Both the position numbers and the translations under genes were made by a program. 64,000 bases of DNA from Candidatus Saccharimonadales bacterium (GTDB taxonomy: Bacteria; Patescibacteriota; Saccharimonadia; Saccharimonadales; EFPC-124): the NCBI GenBank assembly GCA_050730875.1, contig JBOHNX010000002.1:92805-156804 (forward strand). Reading direction: 5' to 3'. How positions within the stretch are numbered: the stretch's first letter is position 1; each line of letters starts with the position of its first letter. Shown here piece after piece: positions 47,849-57,085 of the stretch. The notes beneath the pieces are model-generated. The model had not been told where the DNA came from. It ran no database searches and saw only the letters and a list, made by a program, of their open reading frames with translations.

Positions 47849-48801
47849 TCTTGTTCTTCGCTTGGTCTCTTTGCCACGTACAGCGGCCGGTTAATAACTT
47901 CTTCGTGAATACGGGCAATGTAGAGCGCCACCATGCCAAGGCAGATTAGCACGACTCCAATCAAGAACAGCAAAATAATCGCGAGCATAGCCGTACCGGT
48001 AATGTTGAGGTTATATGGATCGCCCATCATATATTCTTCGACATACACAAATACGCCCAGCGCAATAGATAGGAATAAAATTAGGACGCCTAAGTATCCG
48101 GCAAACTTCAGCGGCAGCAGGCTGTAAGCCGTGAAGCTATTCATGGCAAGCTGAATGAGTTTGCGCGGGCTATAACCAGCCTCTCCGTTGACGCGCGGCG
48201 GCGCCTCGAAATAAACGTACTGGCGATTAAAACCAAGCCAGTCAATCAGGCCGCGAGTCATGCGATTTCGTTCGGTGAACCGATTAAATTCGTCGATGGC
48301 CACTCTATCCAGCAACCGATAGTCGGTAGCGTGGGGGGTAATTTCGGTTGAGGCGATCAGCCCCAAAACGCGGTAGTACATCGATGAACTTGCTTTCTTC
48401 AGCAAGCCTTCTTCTTTGCTGTAGCGTTTCACACCAACCACTACTTCTGCCCCTTCTTCCCATTTTTTTATAAACACCGGAATGAGGTCGGGCGGGTGCT
48501 GTAAATCGGCATCTAAAATAATTGCCGCGTCGCCACGAGCGGCGTGCAGTCCCGCACTGACAGCAGCTTCTTTGCCAAAATTGCGCGCAAATTCGACAAG
48601 GCGCACTGACAAACTACCGGACGCTTGCAATCTTTTAATGGTATCGATTGAATCGTCACGGCTGCTATCGTCTACGAAGATGATTTCAAACTTATACGGT
48701 AAATCGGCGAGTGCAGAATCTAGTGCCTTGTGCAGAAGCGGAATGTTTAGTGCTTCGTTATAGACGGGTACTATTATCGATATGAATTTCTGCGTCGTCA
48801 C
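47845..48801 (-). CDS. family 2 glycosyltransferase, polyprenyl-phosphate sugar synthase type (GtrB/ArnC/DPM1-like)
   Basis: ISIIVPVYNEALN, FVDDSSRDDS, ILDADLQHPP and two C-terminal TM helices. Confidence 0.8.
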   Translation of the reverse strand: MTTQKFISIIVPVYNEALNIPLLHKALDSALADLPYKFEIIFVDDSSRDDSIDTIKRLQASGSLSVRLVEFARNFGKEAAVSAGLHAARGDAAIILDADLQHPPDLIPVFIKKWEEGAEVVVGVKRYSKEEGLLKKASSSMYYRVLGLIASTEITPHATDYRLLDRVAIDEFNRFTERNRMTRGLIDWLGFNRQYVYFEAPPRVNGEAGYSPRKLIQLAMNSFTAYSLLPLKFAGYLGVLILFLSIALGVFVYVEEYMMGDPYNLNITGTAMLAIILLFLIGVVLICLGMVALYIARIHEEVINRPLYVAKRPSEEQE

Positions 48802-50086
48802 TTGTTCTCCGTTTGAGTTTATTGACTCCTACTGAGATGCCGAGCAGGCATACCATTGCAATACTTCCTAGGAGCAGGCTCTCAACAACAGCCTGCAGCG
48901 TTTGGTGGTGCACGAGCATGAGCCCGAACGCGACACCAGCACTCATTATACCAATAATGGCGATTATGTACCGACGCAATGCAATGTAATATGTTACAAA
49001 CAGGTTAAGAATAGAAATAATAAAAATTGCAACACCCAAACCTGGCAGCAAATTTGCGTATTCCAGATACTTCTCGCCCATTAATATTTCGATTACCAAC
49101 CTTGGCGCGAGCACAAACACAGCAAGCGCCACGCCACCTATAACGCCATTGAGCGCGAGCGATTTTACAAGCACGCCGCGATTAGCGCGCGCCGATTGCT
49201 TTAACTGAATTGCCGGCATCATAACCTGGCTAATCGACATGGTCAGGAAAAATATAATTCGTGCGACAGTTGCAATGCCGGCATACAAACCTGCTGTGTG
49301 CGCATCGAAATAATGCTTGACCACGATAATATCGATGCTATAAAACAGCGTGATAACCATCGTGCCCACGAACACCAGGGCCGCGTACTTTAGTTCTGGC
49401 CGAACAACGCCGAGGTCTACCCTATGCAAACGCGGGCTATCCGGTGGCCGCTCAAAGCCTAATCGAGCAGCGTGCCAGGCGGCGAATCCAAACGCCAGAC
49501 CTTGCGCTGCAATAATCCCGCCGATTGCTCCGAGCGTTCCCCAACCAATCAACACTAACGCAACCGAGGCAATCAACTTGCCTACAGCGCCAAACAAATT
49601 AATTGCCGATGCCGCGCCAAATTTCTGACGTGCCCGCACGTAAGCAGTACGGAAGGCAAGCGGCACGCTCACCACAAACGCCAACGCCAACGCGACAAAA
49701 GGCAAACCAGATTCAAACTTAAAGAAATGTTGGAGGGGCTGCATACCAATAACCACCACGACAACAAGCGCCATACTCAGCAGCAGCGCCAGCTTTTCCA
49801 GCTCGCTCACAACCTTGTTGGCTTTTTGCGAATCATCGTAATTGGAAACGATGTTCACCGTGATCATACTCAGCACATTCAAAAATATGGTGAGTTGTAG
49901 AAATATCGAAACAAGGGCCTGCACCTCACCAAACACAGCTGGTTCTAGCAACCGCCCCAGTATCGGGTAGTACAGATAGTTCAAGGCGCCGACTGCGACA
50001 GAACCAAAAAAGAAAATCGCATTATGTCGCACAAATGTACTGCGACGCGCTTGGTCTAACATCTCGAACATGCGAGTTTTAGTCAC
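48758..50086 (-). CDS. MOP-superfamily oligosaccharide flippase (Wzx-like)
   Basis: 442 aa with about 12-14 TM helices. Polysaccharide-biosynthesis-protein pattern and context. Confidence 0.7.
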   Translation of the reverse strand: MTKTRMFEMLDQARRSTFVRHNAIFFFGSVAVGALNYLYYPILGRLLEPAVFGEVQALVSIFLQLTIFLNVLSMITVNIVSNYDDSQKANKVVSELEKLALLLSMALVVVVVIGMQPLQHFFKFESGLPFVALALAFVVSVPLAFRTAYVRARQKFGAASAINLFGAVGKLIASVALVLIGWGTLGAIGGIIAAQGLAFGFAAWHAARLGFERPPDSPRLHRVDLGVVRPELKYAALVFVGTMVITLFYSIDIIVVKHYFDAHTAGLYAGIATVARIIFFLTMSISQVMMPAIQLKQSARANRGVLVKSLALNGVIGGVALAVFVLAPRLVIEILMGEKYLEYANLLPGLGVAIFIISILNLFVTYYIALRRYIIAIIGIMSAGVAFGLMLVHHQTLQAVVESLLLGSIAMVCLLGISVGVNKLKRRTSDDAEIHIDNSTRL

Positions 50087-50103
50087 TATACGATGATACC
50101 AAA

Positions 50104-50586
50104 CTATTCGGTCCGTTTGCGGCGGCGCTTGGCTGCGGCCGCAAACAACCCGTGGCCAAAAAGCGCAATAAAGATGCTGTTAGCGATCAGCAGAAGCAGC
50201 ACGAGGAGGACCAGCGCAACCACTACTATAGACAATGGCCCCATTATCAGCCCACCTTTCCCGGCGTCGATGTAATAATCGGCGTCGCCGGTCGGGGTGG
50301 GAATGGGGATATCTTCCTGCGGTTGCGTTGGTTGCGATGGTTGCGACGACCCAGACCGGCGGATCGTGCGGCTTGGAACTTCTGGTATCACGAGTGGCCC
50401 CTGCGGTACTTGCCCTGGTTCTGGCGGGCACGTAATAACTTGGACCGGCCCTTGCCCATTGTCGACAGTGTCAATGGTACATTCTTGTGGTACGATCCGG
50501 AACTGGAACTGCGAACCGTTTGCCGCAAATGCAGGCTCGGCAGCAAGAAGCGTAACTAAACCAACAAGCGCAAGCAACTTCTTCAC
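50104..50586 (-). CDS. small Pro-rich secreted protein with C-terminal hydrophobic anchor and KRRRKRTE tail (CscD-position)
   Basis: GTG start overlaps the upstream stop by 1 nt. Signal peptide MKKLLALVGLVTLLAAEPAFA. No LPXTG seen before the anchor. Confidence 0.55.
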   Translation of the reverse strand: MKKLLALVGLVTLLAAEPAFAANGSQFQFRIVPQECTIDTVDNGQGPVQVITCPPEPGQVPQGPLVIPEVPSRTIRRSGSSQPSQPTQPQEDIPIPTPTGDADYYIDAGKGGLIMGPLSIVVVALVLLVLLLLIANSIFIALFGHGLFAAAAKRRRKRTE

Positions 50587-52547
50587 TAGTTTGCTACCAC
50601 AGTTAAAGTCATCTGAATTGTGTAGGTGCCTGCGGGTAGCAATTCTGGGACGGTTTGGCTCAAAGCAATGCCCGTAAAGTCCCAGTAGCAGTTAGTGGCA
50701 GCGCTTGACGAAGCACTGGCCAGTGTGATGCTGTTGGTGGTACCCTCAACGAAAGCACTACTGCCACCAAGACTCACCCCTGTATTAGTGCACCCGGCCT
50801 GTGGTGTGCTGGTGGCTCCGGAGGGGTTTATGCTTAACTGACCGACTAGGCTATCACTATCACCACCATCGGTGCATCCGCTCCCGCTGCTGTCGTTAAA
50901 ATCATAATTCGCGGTGCCGGATGACCAATCACTTGTACTGCCTGCGGTCGCGGCAACCGAAAGTACCCACGGGGCAGCAGCAGTTGTATTGTTGACGCGT
51001 ATTTTTTCGGAAGCTGTCCCAAATGTACCCGTAGATGTCTGGCACGAACCGCCAGAACTAATCGCGCTCATGGCAAGTGATGGCGAGGTAACCGGATTAC
51101 CGCTACCATCCACAATATCCACTGTTAGCGAACCGACCGAAAAGTTTTGGTGATAGGTAAACGCCGCTCCCCAGCCACCTTCTGTGGCCATGGTATCTTC
51201 CAGCGCAACACCCCCCGGTTCTACATTGGTCCATGTAAAAGTAGTGCCGTCAAATGTCAGCTTTTTGGCAAACAAATCGGCGTTGTCGTCGGTCACAAAA
51301 AGCATAGCTTCGGCGTTATTTTGCGGATTGGTATATAAACGTATAAGCTGGTCGTTGATCGCCCCCGGCGTTGGCGCGGTTGCGAAATCTGTTTGCGACG
51401 TCCACGACGTTTTATCGTAAGTAAACCAGTCGACACCGGCAGCATTGGTGTCATCGTAGGCCACAACTGCCCTGCTTGTGCTGCCGCTTTTGACCCACGT
51501 GACCGAGAGGCTGGTCGTTCCGGCAAAAACCGCATCTGTCGAGTTATCAAGCTCGCTTATCGTACCCCACGCCGAACCATCCCAGGCACCTGCGACTAAT
51601 CCCTGGCCGGCGCCTTCAGCAGTCGAAACAAACGCAATGTAGTTGCCGCCTGGCTCAGCAGCAAGGTCCATATCGGTTGCTTCACCTGCGGACGTAGCCG
51701 CGCTGACCGTCCCCCAAGTGCCACCCGTACCCACACCACGTGTTACATAACCAAACTCAACCGTAACGGCGTCCTCTCCCCACGCAACCAGCAACTCGCC
51801 CGAGGTTTGCTCGAGCGCAAGGTCAAACGAGTTAGTCGTAATACTGGTTGCGCTTCCCACTTTCGAAAGGTTGGTCGAGAGAGCACTGGAGGGCTCACCA
51901 GACCAAGTGCTGTTTGTACCATTAAAATAATCTCCGGACAAGTCAAAATTGCCATCTGCCCAGATCACTGCGATCTCGTTCGTGCCAGCCCGGGCCTCGG
52001 CGCGAATTGCTTGCACTGTACCAGATGTACGCTGCGCATCATAGAGCGTTTCAGACGTCCAGGACGACCCGTCCCAAATACGAAAGGCAATTTCGTTACT
52101 AGCGCCGACGTTTTTGGAGTAGATCACCATTGCTTTGCCAGAACTGGGCATATAGACAATATCGTAGGATGGTGTATTGGTCGCGCCGACCGTTGCCGTC
52201 CACTCGCTGCTCCAGCTCGTGCCGTTCCATCGCAATATGTTGAGCGTACTACCCGTCACAACGCCAGCTATAATTTCGTTGCGGCTTGGGGCTGCTTCCA
52301 TAATCGACTGCGAGAACGTACCGCCAATACTTGGCAGGTTGCTTTCGGCAGAAAATGTATCGGTGCTATTCGTCCAATCGCGGGAACGCGGCGTCTGCAC
52401 CGTGCCTTCGCCGTACAGAACCATGCCATCGCCCTGCGCAAAGGCGCCTACCTTTTGTTGCGGCAGCAAACCAAATATAAGTGCGGCAATAGCTACCACA
52501 AATAATACTCGTCTTTTTGTGCTGACGCGCGGATATTCGCTCGCCAT
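50586..52547 (-). CDS. large secreted protein with C-terminal WxL-like domain (CscC-like)
   Basis: The ATG at 52547 has a GGGAGG SD. Signal peptide ...LLPQQKVGAFAQG. The last ~190 aa are paralogous to 53731..54408 (PWVLSVAAT, DFNDSSGSGCTDGGDSD, VEGTTNSITL, GTYTIQMTLTVVAN). Confidence 0.7.
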   Translation of the reverse strand: MASEYPRVSTKRRVLFVVAIAALIFGLLPQQKVGAFAQGDGMVLYGEGTVQTPRSRDWTNSTDTFSAESNLPSIGGTFSQSIMEAAPSRNEIIAGVVTGSTLNILRWNGTSWSSEWTATVGATNTPSYDIVYMPSSGKAMVIYSKNVGASNEIAFRIWDGSSWTSETLYDAQRTSGTVQAIRAEARAGTNEIAVIWADGNFDLSGDYFNGTNSTWSGEPSSALSTNLSKVGSATSITTNSFDLALEQTSGELLVAWGEDAVTVEFGYVTRGVGTGGTWGTVSAATSAGEATDMDLAAEPGGNYIAFVSTAEGAGQGLVAGAWDGSAWGTISELDNSTDAVFAGTTSLSVTWVKSGSTSRAVVAYDDTNAAGVDWFTYDKTSWTSQTDFATAPTPGAINDQLIRLYTNPQNNAEAMLFVTDDNADLFAKKLTFDGTTFTWTNVEPGGVALEDTMATEGGWGAAFTYHQNFSVGSLTVDIVDGSGNPVTSPSLAMSAISSGGSCQTSTGTFGTASEKIRVNNTTAAAPWVLSVAATAGSTSDWSSGTANYDFNDSSGSGCTDGGDSDSLVGQLSINPSGATSTPQAGCTNTGVSLGGSSAFVEGTTNSITLASASSSAATNCYWDFTGIALSQTVPELLPAGTYTIQMTLTVVAN

Positions 52548-52561
52548 GGCCCAATGCCTCC

Positions 52562-53722
52562 CTAATTTTTTCGTATTTTTAGGCCACTCTGTTTTGTTTC
52601 GGAATGCGGGACATGCAGAATCTGGTTTGGACGTAATGTATACGGTGCCTTCAGTTGGTTGAGCTTGGCAAGCCGGCGCCACGGTATATTGTAGCGAGCC
52701 GCAATTTGCTCGAGCGTTTCGCCAGGTTTCACCGCGTAGCTAACACTCAGTAATTTCAGCTGCCGTTTGCGGCGTTTCACAAGGACGAGAACACTAGCGG
52801 CGAGCAATGAGGCGGCTGCGAGCCCGACCTCAACGGCTAACGCAACCGGGTGCGGCACCACGAATTGCCAAGTGGCCGGAACGCCCAAAGTCTGAGCTTG
52901 ACCTGCTTTTTTCTGACCACTTTGTAGCCGCTCGTACGTTACATTACCGCTAATTTGATACCAGCCACCCCAAAATGGCCGCTCAAGTTCGAGGTTAAAT
53001 TTACTTGTTGCGCCCGGTAATATAGGGAATGTACCGCCAGCTTCGGCCAATTGCATCCCAAACACATTCCGCAACCGCACTTTTACATCGGTGTCGAGTG
53101 ATACGTTACCATCGTTATGCAGTACCGGGCTTGCAATAAGTTGTTTCTCGCGCTGCTGGATACCAAGTTCTTTTAAGGTCAGGTTTGCCCGGACATCGCC
53201 AGGTACCGTTACAGCTACCCGTAGTGCGCTGCGAAAACTCAGGACGATTCCATTTGGAGTAGCTTCGTTCTTTTTTAAATCCTGCACGGCGATACAGCCG
53301 TTATGCTCACCCACGCTAGCGTTTTTAGGTGCAGTAATGGTGAAGTCAATCGTTTCGCTTGTACTTGGCTTTAGGACTACTTCTTGTTTGGCTAATTTGA
53401 TCCAGCTGCCAACACTTTTTTTCTCCTCGACTGCCTGGGCACACGCAAAAGCGCCGTCGCTCGACAGTTCGGAATCCACCGCGTAGACGCTTAGTGTTTT
53501 TTCCTCTTGCGTATTATTAATGACCCGCACCGCATCTTGTACACTTTCGCCTGGGCCGATTTCGTGTACAAAAATAGAGGAAGTACGTGGATTATCTGGG
53601 CGAGGATTGGCTGGCAGCGCGCCAACACCAAACGATTCGATCGCATGCGCCGGCGCTGCCATCAACAAAAAGATAAAGACGTTTGTGGTAATAAAGGCTC
53701 TCAACAGTCGCACGCTTGGCAC
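52562..53722 (-). CDS. DUF916/DUF3324-like cell-surface protein (CscA-like) with TM anchor and C-terminal LysM
   Basis: Signal peptide. FGVGALPANP...IFVHEIGPGESVQDAVRVINNT. Second beta-domain. TM VALAVEVGLAAASLLAASVLVLV followed by KRRKRQ. Then YAVKPGETLEQIAARYNIPWRRLAKLNQL...NQILHVP (LysM). Confidence 0.65.
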   Translation of the reverse strand: MPSVRLLRAFITTNVFIFLLMAAPAHAIESFGVGALPANPRPDNPRTSSIFVHEIGPGESVQDAVRVINNTQEEKTLSVYAVDSELSSDGAFACAQAVEEKKSVGSWIKLAKQEVVLKPSTSETIDFTITAPKNASVGEHNGCIAVQDLKKNEATPNGIVLSFRSALRVAVTVPGDVRANLTLKELGIQQREKQLIASPVLHNDGNVSLDTDVKVRLRNVFGMQLAEAGGTFPILPGATSKFNLELERPFWGGWYQISGNVTYERLQSGQKKAGQAQTLGVPATWQFVVPHPVALAVEVGLAAASLLAASVLVLVKRRKRQLKLLSVSYAVKPGETLEQIAARYNIPWRRLAKLNQLKAPYTLRPNQILHVPHSETKQSGLKIRKN

Positions 53723-53730
53723 GATTTCTC

Positions 53731-54408
53731 CTATGAAGCTGTTACGGTCAGGGTCATATTAAGCGTGTACGTACCCGTCGCTTGCTCTGCAGGTATTGTC
53801 TGTGATAGCGAAACGCCCGTCAAGTAACCGCGCCACACATCATCCGAAAGCGCAGCGGCGTTCAAGAGTGTCACACTGTTTGTGGTGCCTTCAACGTATG
53901 CGGTACTCGAGCCTTTGGTTACATTGGCTGTCGTACAGCTTGCACAGTCGGCCGTGAGCGTGCCGACACTCGGGTCAACAGTAAGCTGGCCACCTTTCGT
54001 GTCTGTGTCAGCGCCATCAGTACAGCCACTGCCACCAGCGTCGTTAAAGTCCATGGTAGGAGTTCCGGCGGACCATGTCGCTGTTGCACCGCTCGTGGCC
54101 GCCAGTGCTAGAGTCCAGCCGCTATCCGCGGCATCCGGGTTTGTCACGTAAATTCGTTCACCGCTTGTACCGAACGAACCTGTGGACGCGCTTCCACCCG
54201 AAAGACAGTCGAAGCTGAACGTTTTCGCGCTCATCGTAACAGAAGGGCTAGCCACCGAGTTATGCGATGCATCTTGAATATCGGTCGCAAGCGTACCAGT
54301 GTTGATAGTCTGGTTAAATGTTGAGTTGTTCGCTGCCCATACTCTTCCCGCAAAGACACTCGCCAGCAAAAATACAGCGGCGAAGAGTAATATTTTTTTA
54401 TGTCTCAT
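53731..54408 (-). CDS. secreted WxL-like domain protein (CscB-like)
   Basis: The ATG at 54408 has a GAGGAAAC SD. Signal peptide MRHKKILLFAAVFLLASVFAGRVWA. GWTLALAAT and C-terminal GTYTLNMTLTVTAS. Confidence 0.65.
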   Translation of the reverse strand: MRHKKILLFAAVFLLASVFAGRVWAANNSTFNQTINTGTLATDIQDASHNSVASPSVTMSAKTFSFDCLSGGSASTGSFGTSGERIYVTNPDAADSGWTLALAATSGATATWSAGTPTMDFNDAGGSGCTDGADTDTKGGQLTVDPSVGTLTADCASCTTANVTKGSSTAYVEGTTNSVTLLNAAALSDDVWRGYLTGVSLSQTIPAEQATGTYTLNMTLTVTAS

Positions 54409-54498
54409 TTTTTTGTTTCCTCTAAGGATTTTGCTTACGTTAATCTTAAAACAAGACTGTAGCAAAAGTCAATGCATGATTTATGATTTTTACAACAC

Positions 54499-55830
54499 TT
54501 ACCGGGCAGGCAGCGACAGCGTGAAAGTAGTCCCCGCGCCTTCCTTCGAAACAAATTCGACTTTGCCTTTGTGCTGCGTCAAAATAACCCGTGTCAGATA
54601 AAGGCCGAGGCCAGTGCCCTCGACGCCCTGCGCTTTGGCATTACTTGCACGATAAAAACCGGCAAACACCCGGTCTTGCTCTGCCTCTGGAATGCCGATA
54701 CCGTGGTCTTTCACAGAAATCCGATGCATTTTTTGCACTTTCTCATACCGCAAGGTGACATCGGTATTCGGTTGCGTGTATTTTACGGCGTTCGAAACAA
54801 TGTTATGAAGCGCTCGTTTGAAATGCTCGGCATCACAATTAACAGTGAGATCCTTCGGCCACGAATCGTCCATGACAATTTTGACGCCACGTTGCTGGGC
54901 GGCCAGTTTTTGGGTGTCAATGATTTCTTCTACAAGTTTGGTCATGTTGCACGGCGCAAATGTCAGTTTGTCTTTGTGGCGAGTGACGCGCGAGAGTTGC
55001 AAAATGTCTTCAACACCAGCTTGCAGGTGAATCACGCTGTCGTAAATAGCTTGGGCGAGTGGTTTGGTGCTGGCGTTGGCTTGCTTGAGCAAGCTTTCTG
55101 CCGCCCAACGAATGCCCGTAACTGGCGTGCGCAGCTCGTGCGAGGCAATCGAAACAAGTTCTGACCGCATTTGCAGCTCGCGTTGGCCACGGCGCAGCAT
55201 CCATTCGTACACCATAACCACAATAATCAGCACGCTAGCCACAATTACCGGCGGCGCGGCTGCAGCTATAAGTGTTTGGTTGTATTCATCGGCCGCAACA
55301 TCAATACCAATCACAGCTACTGTTTTTCCGGTTTTTGTATCGACAATCGGCGCTAACGATGAGACCCACGTACCAAGCGAATCGGTCAGCGGACCCTCTA
55401 CAATCGCTGGACTGCCGCCAAAGAGGTTCTGAAACTGCACGGATGCTTCTTCGTATTTTTCACCAGGTGTCGAAAAATATTCGCTGCCTGGCGATTCGGA
55501 ATCAACGTAAAAAAACACCTGCCCACCCCGCATACCTGCCAAATAGAGGGAACGCGCATCGGTATTCACTTCTTTTAGAGCGTTGAGGCGCGTTTTTAAA
55601 TCCTTATACGCCGGGGTGTTTTCATCGCCTTTTGTGCCAGAAAGTTTTTCAATAAGATTTGCGTCGAGCGCATACGCAATAGTCTCGGCGCGATCTTTCA
55701 GCCCTTCGCGTTTTTCGTCATCAGCAATAAGTATATTTAAAAACGCCAGCAAACCGGCACCCACAATAAAAATTATGATGAGCAGCAGCGATATGGTAGT
55801 GTGGCCAGCGGTTCGCTTGGGTAGCAGCAT
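54499..55830 (-). CDS. sensor histidine kinase with extracytoplasmic (Cache-like) sensor domain
   Basis: Two TM helices flank a domain of about 150 aa. H-box SIASHELRTPVTGI. G-boxes VKDHGIGI and GTGLGLYL. Confidence 0.85.
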   Translation of the reverse strand: MLLPKRTAGHTTISLLLIIIFIVGAGLLAFLNILIADDEKREGLKDRAETIAYALDANLIEKLSGTKGDENTPAYKDLKTRLNALKEVNTDARSLYLAGMRGGQVFFYVDSESPGSEYFSTPGEKYEEASVQFQNLFGGSPAIVEGPLTDSLGTWVSSLAPIVDTKTGKTVAVIGIDVAADEYNQTLIAAAAPPVIVASVLIIVVMVYEWMLRRGQRELQMRSELVSIASHELRTPVTGIRWAAESLLKQANASTKPLAQAIYDSVIHLQAGVEDILQLSRVTRHKDKLTFAPCNMTKLVEEIIDTQKLAAQQRGVKIVMDDSWPKDLTVNCDAEHFKRALHNIVSNAVKYTQPNTDVTLRYEKVQKMHRISVKDHGIGIPEAEQDRVFAGFYRASNAKAQGVEGTGLGLYLTRVILTQHKGKVEFVSKEGAGTTFTLSLPAR

Positions 55831-55838
55831 ATCCCTTC

Positions 55839-56216
55839 TTAGGCCAATTTACTTTTTACCAGTTCAACAATTTTATCGATGCTGACATCGGTTTTCATTA
55901 TGTAATCAGTCACGCCGGCTTCGAGCGATTGGTTGACGGCATCAACGCTATACATGTTGGTCATAATAATCGCCGGCACCGTTTTACCCCATGAATCCTT
56001 GCGGACTTCGGCCATCATATCGACGCCGTTCATAAGTGGCATCAAATTATCAGACAAAATAAGCGCTGGATGTTGTTTTAAGGCAGTCTCTAGCCCCTCT
56101 TTACCATTGCCCGCTTCTAAAACCGTGAAGCCACTTTGTTGCAAAGTAGCGGCTAATACTTTTCTAAGCGGTGCTTCGTCTTCGACGATAAGAATTGTTT
56201 GTGTCTCAATGGCCAT
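55839..56216 (-). CDS. single-domain response regulator (receiver only)
   Basis: 125 aa. ILIVEDEAPL, LILSDNLMPLMNG and IIMTNMYS. No output domain. Confidence 0.85.
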   Translation of the reverse strand: MAIETQTILIVEDEAPLRKVLAATLQQSGFTVLEAGNGKEGLETALKQHPALILSDNLMPLMNGVDMMAEVRKDSWGKTVPAIIMTNMYSVDAVNQSLEAGVTDYIMKTDVSIDKIVELVKSKLA

Positions 56217-56272
56217 AATAAACCCTAGCTTTTATAGCCTTAATGTACCACATAAGCACTATCTAAGCGACA

Positions 56273-57001
56273 CTACTTGAGCCAGTCAAAAACAAGAACA
56301 GCACCCACCGCAGCAATGGCGACAAGTACTACCCTTTTGAACTTCTCCTGGGGAATTTTATCGACTATCTTTTTACCAACAAATGACCCCGCTATCGCAA
56401 GCACAAAAAGTAACGGCACAAACCAGTAAAATTGCTGCTGCAAAAACCCGCCCGATAGATAAATCGGGATGCGCGTAAGATCTACAGCTAACGAAACTGC
56501 GGCCGCGCTTGCGATATAAGTGGTTTTAGGAACATCAAAAGCATTTAAAAACGCTCCGCGGAGCACGCCACCCGTACCAATTAGCCCGGCCAAAAAACCC
56601 GACGAAGCACCACCAAGCGCCAGGGTAAATAAATTCTCGGGCATCTTTATCTTTGAGCGCAGTAATGCATAGGCTGCATACCCGACCAAGAACACTCCCA
56701 GCAAACCCTTCAGGACAGTTTGATCAATAGCCAAAACAAGCAACGCCCCAACAAGCGTCAGGGCAACACTCGGCAGCCCGAAAAATAGAATAATCCGCTT
56801 ATCGAACCCGTGTTTAAAAAAGGTAATTCTGCCGATATTCCCAAAAATGTGCATAAACGCCACGAGCACTAAAGCCGTCTTAAAATCAAAAAACAAAACG
56901 GCTACCGGCAACAAAATAGTAGACGAACCAAAACCGGCCACCGTGCCGATAACCTCCGCCAAAAAAGCAGCTACAAAAAACAAAGCTACCATGGTTTCCA
57001 T
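56273..57001 (-). CDS. TauE/SafE-family anion exporter membrane protein
   Basis: 242 aa with about 7-8 TM helices. The internally repeated G-rich TM pattern (GFGSSTILLP / GTGGVLRGAFL) is typical of TauE. Confidence 0.7.
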   Translation of the reverse strand: METMVALFFVAAFLAEVIGTVAGFGSSTILLPVAVLFFDFKTALVLVAFMHIFGNIGRITFFKHGFDKRIILFFGLPSVALTLVGALLVLAIDQTVLKGLLGVFLVGYAAYALLRSKIKMPENLFTLALGGASSGFLAGLIGTGGVLRGAFLNAFDVPKTTYIASAAAVSLAVDLTRIPIYLSGGFLQQQFYWFVPLLFVLAIAGSFVGKKIVDKIPQEKFKRVVLVAIAAVGAVLVFDWLK

Positions 57002-57085
57002 GGTAGCAGACTCGGTCGGTTAACCCTGGCTATCAAACTATTTGTAAGTTAACATTGTTTGCTTAGGAGATGTATAATACCGCTA

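Noticed and set aside
50914-52662. Plus-strand ORFs 51807-52505 (232 aa) and 52177-52662 (161 aa).
   Set aside because: They are antisense to the 653-aa WxL-like gene, which has a signal peptide, an SD and a paralogous domain. The antisense translations are Arg/Cys-rich nonsense.
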